Made by a program: the position numbers and the translations under genes
Notes under the pieces: generated by a model
The model's input: the letters and a program-made list of their open reading frames with translations, nothing else
Database searches by the model: none
What the model was told of the DNA's origin: nothing
In this document: positions 62,150 to 64,000 of the stretch, in pieces
Numbering within the stretch: position 1 is the stretch's first letter
Layout: each line of letters opens with the position of its first letter
Origin: Felis catus
Lineage: Eukaryota
Direction of reading: 5' to 3'
DNA: 64,000 nt
Assembly (NCBI RefSeq): GCF_018350175.1
Contig: NC_058368.1
Location: 90,212,001-90,276,000 of the forward strand

Positions 62150-64000
62150 GAAAAGTATACTCGATCCAAAAGAAGACTGAAAAAAGGAATAAAGAACAGA
62201 TGGGACAAAAGAAATACCAAGATGATGGACTTAATCATAACCATATCAATAATCACATTAAACGTATGTGGTCTAAACACCTCCATTAAAAGCAGAGATT
62301 AACAGATTGGATTAAAAAAAAAGTAGGACCTAACCATATGATGCCTACAAGTAAACCTACTTCAAATATAAAAATACAAATAGGTCAAAAGAATGAAAAA
62401 CATATCACAAATCAAGATAAAGTAGATTAATATTTCAGAGCAAAGCTACTGCCAGGGATAAAAGTCACTTCTTAATCATAAATCAGTCGATTGGTAAGAA
62501 GACATGGCCCCCAAACACTGGTGCTCCTACTGAGAAAGCTTCAGAATAACATGGCGTGAAAACTAACAGGATGCTGCAGTGAGAAGTAGACAGACCTGCA
62601 GTTATAGTCCGAGATTTCAGCACCCCTCCCTCAGTAATTAAAGGAACAAGTGGATAGAAAATCAGTGCGCATATAAAAGATTTAAACATAACTAATTCAG
62701 CCTGGTTGACATTTAAAGAACAATCCATCCAACAAAAGCAAAATACACATTCTTTTGACGTGTACTCTAAGCCATAAAACAAGTCTCAATAGATTTAACA
62801 GGATTCGAGTCCAACAAAATATGCTCTCCGACCACTTGGAATTAAATGGAGACATCAATAACAGAAAAATCTTTGAAAAACTCAAATATTTAGAAACTAA
62901 CTTACTTTTAAATAACCCATGAGATAAAGATAAAAGGGAAATTCGAGAATCATTTGAACTGAATGAAAATGAAAACGCAGAATATCAGAATTTTGAAAGT
63001 TCCACTAAAGCTGTACTTTATATTAGAAAAGACGAAAGTTCTGAAATTAATACTCTCAGCTGATGCCTTAAGAAACTGGGGGAGGGGCACCTGAGTGGCT
63101 GTCAGTTAAGCATCTTGGTTTCAGCTCAGATCATGATCTCACAGTTTAAGCCCCACGTTGGGCTCTGCACTGGAAGCATGGGGCTTGCTTGGGATTCTCT
63201 GTCTCCTCTCTCTCTGCCTCTCCCCAACTCATGCTGTCTCTGTCTCTCTCAAAATAAATAAACTTTAAAAAATAAAAAAAAAAAACTGGGGGGAAAGGAG
63301 CAAATTAAATCCAAAGTAAGCAGAAGAAAGGAAGTAACAAAAGATGAGAGCAGCAGTCAGTGAATTAGAAAACAGAAAATAATGGCTCTAAGAGAAAATC
63401 AATAAAATTGATAAGCCTCTGGCCAAATTGATCAGGAGGAAAAGAGAGAAGGCACAAATTAGCAATATCAAAAATGAGAGCAGTGACATCACTACAGACT
63501 ATAAGGATAACCAGTGAATGTTATGAATATTTCTATGGCAATAAATTTGACAACTTCTATGAAATGGACAAATTGCATGAAAGACACTAATGACCAGAGC
63601 ACATGCGAGATAAAAAGATAAATAGCCCTGTGTCTATCAGGAAAGTGCACTTGTGCACTTAAAACCTTTAAAAAAAGTGCAATTAAAACCTTAAAAAAAA
63701 AAATCTCCAGGCAGGTGGTTTCTGGTAAGTTCTGTCAAACATTTAAGGAAGAAATATATAAACTCTAGAAAATTGAAAAGACAGGAATACCTCCATATTT
63801 TAAATATAGCCAGCATCTTCCTGATACCAAAACAAGATAAACACATTACAAAACAGAAAACTACAGACCAGAATCCCTCTTGAACAAAAATGTAAAAATT
63901 CTAAAGAAATTTTAGCAAATCATACCCAATAATGGGTAAACAGGATAATTCATCATGACCAGGTGGTATTGATCCCAAGAATGCAAGGCTGTTTTAACAT
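62150..64000 (+). mobile_element. Old L1 ORF2 (endonuclease to start of RT), degraded
   Basis: tcaataatcacattaaacgtatgtggtctaaacac (EN start); ctccgaccacttggaattaaa (SDH motif); catgaccaggtggtattgatcccaagaatgcaagg (HDQVG.IP.MQG). Confidence 0.9.
63084..63281 (+). mobile_element. Can-SINE
   Basis: ggggcacctgagtggct head; TSD aaactggggg. Confidence 0.9.

Larger units (their letters stand above)
1..64000 (+). other. RNF130: RNF130 gene body: part of intron 1, exon 2, intron 2 (16079-41940), exon 3, part of intron 3
   Basis: Exon 1 (signal peptide, CpG island) and the next exon (RRLGDAAKKAI...) are not seen, so the gene extends beyond both window ends. Confidence 0.85.

Noticed and set aside
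1..64000. Prokaryote-style systems (CRISPR array, operon, defence island) or a novel multi-gene system
   Set aside because: The sequence is mammalian intron; recurrent motifs are dispersed SINE/LINE copies, not regularly spaced repeats, and no additional credible gene was found.

Overview
This is mammalian genomic DNA from a carnivore, very likely a felid given the abundant Can-SINE/SINEC_Fc-type elements. The window lies inside the RNF130 (Goliath, PA-TM-RING E3 ligase) gene on the + strand. Two coding exons are present: exon 2 (15884-16078, PA domain) and exon 3 (41941-42191, end of PA domain plus transmembrane helix). The intronic microRNA MIR340 (40183-40277) lies about 1.7 kb upstream of exon 3. 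The rest is intron, dominated by transposon remnants: about 25 Can-SINEs, many L1 fragments, L2, MIR, an ancient CR1/L3, ERVL/MaLR LTRs and hAT and Tc1/mariner DNA elements. I see no evidence of a novel multi-gene system. The most interesting observations are: the miR-340 hairpin looks like a TA-flanked mariner MITE; inverted SINE pairs flank each exon, and the symmetric 195-nt exon 2 would form a stop-free circle; there is an unexplained diverged inverted repeat at about 0.5-1.35 kb; an 870-bp Tigger-like element retains both ends; and there is a CpG-enriched candidate regulatory/CTCF patch near 48.5 kb. Repeat family names and human comparisons are from memory of consensus sequences, and most repeat boundaries are approximate.
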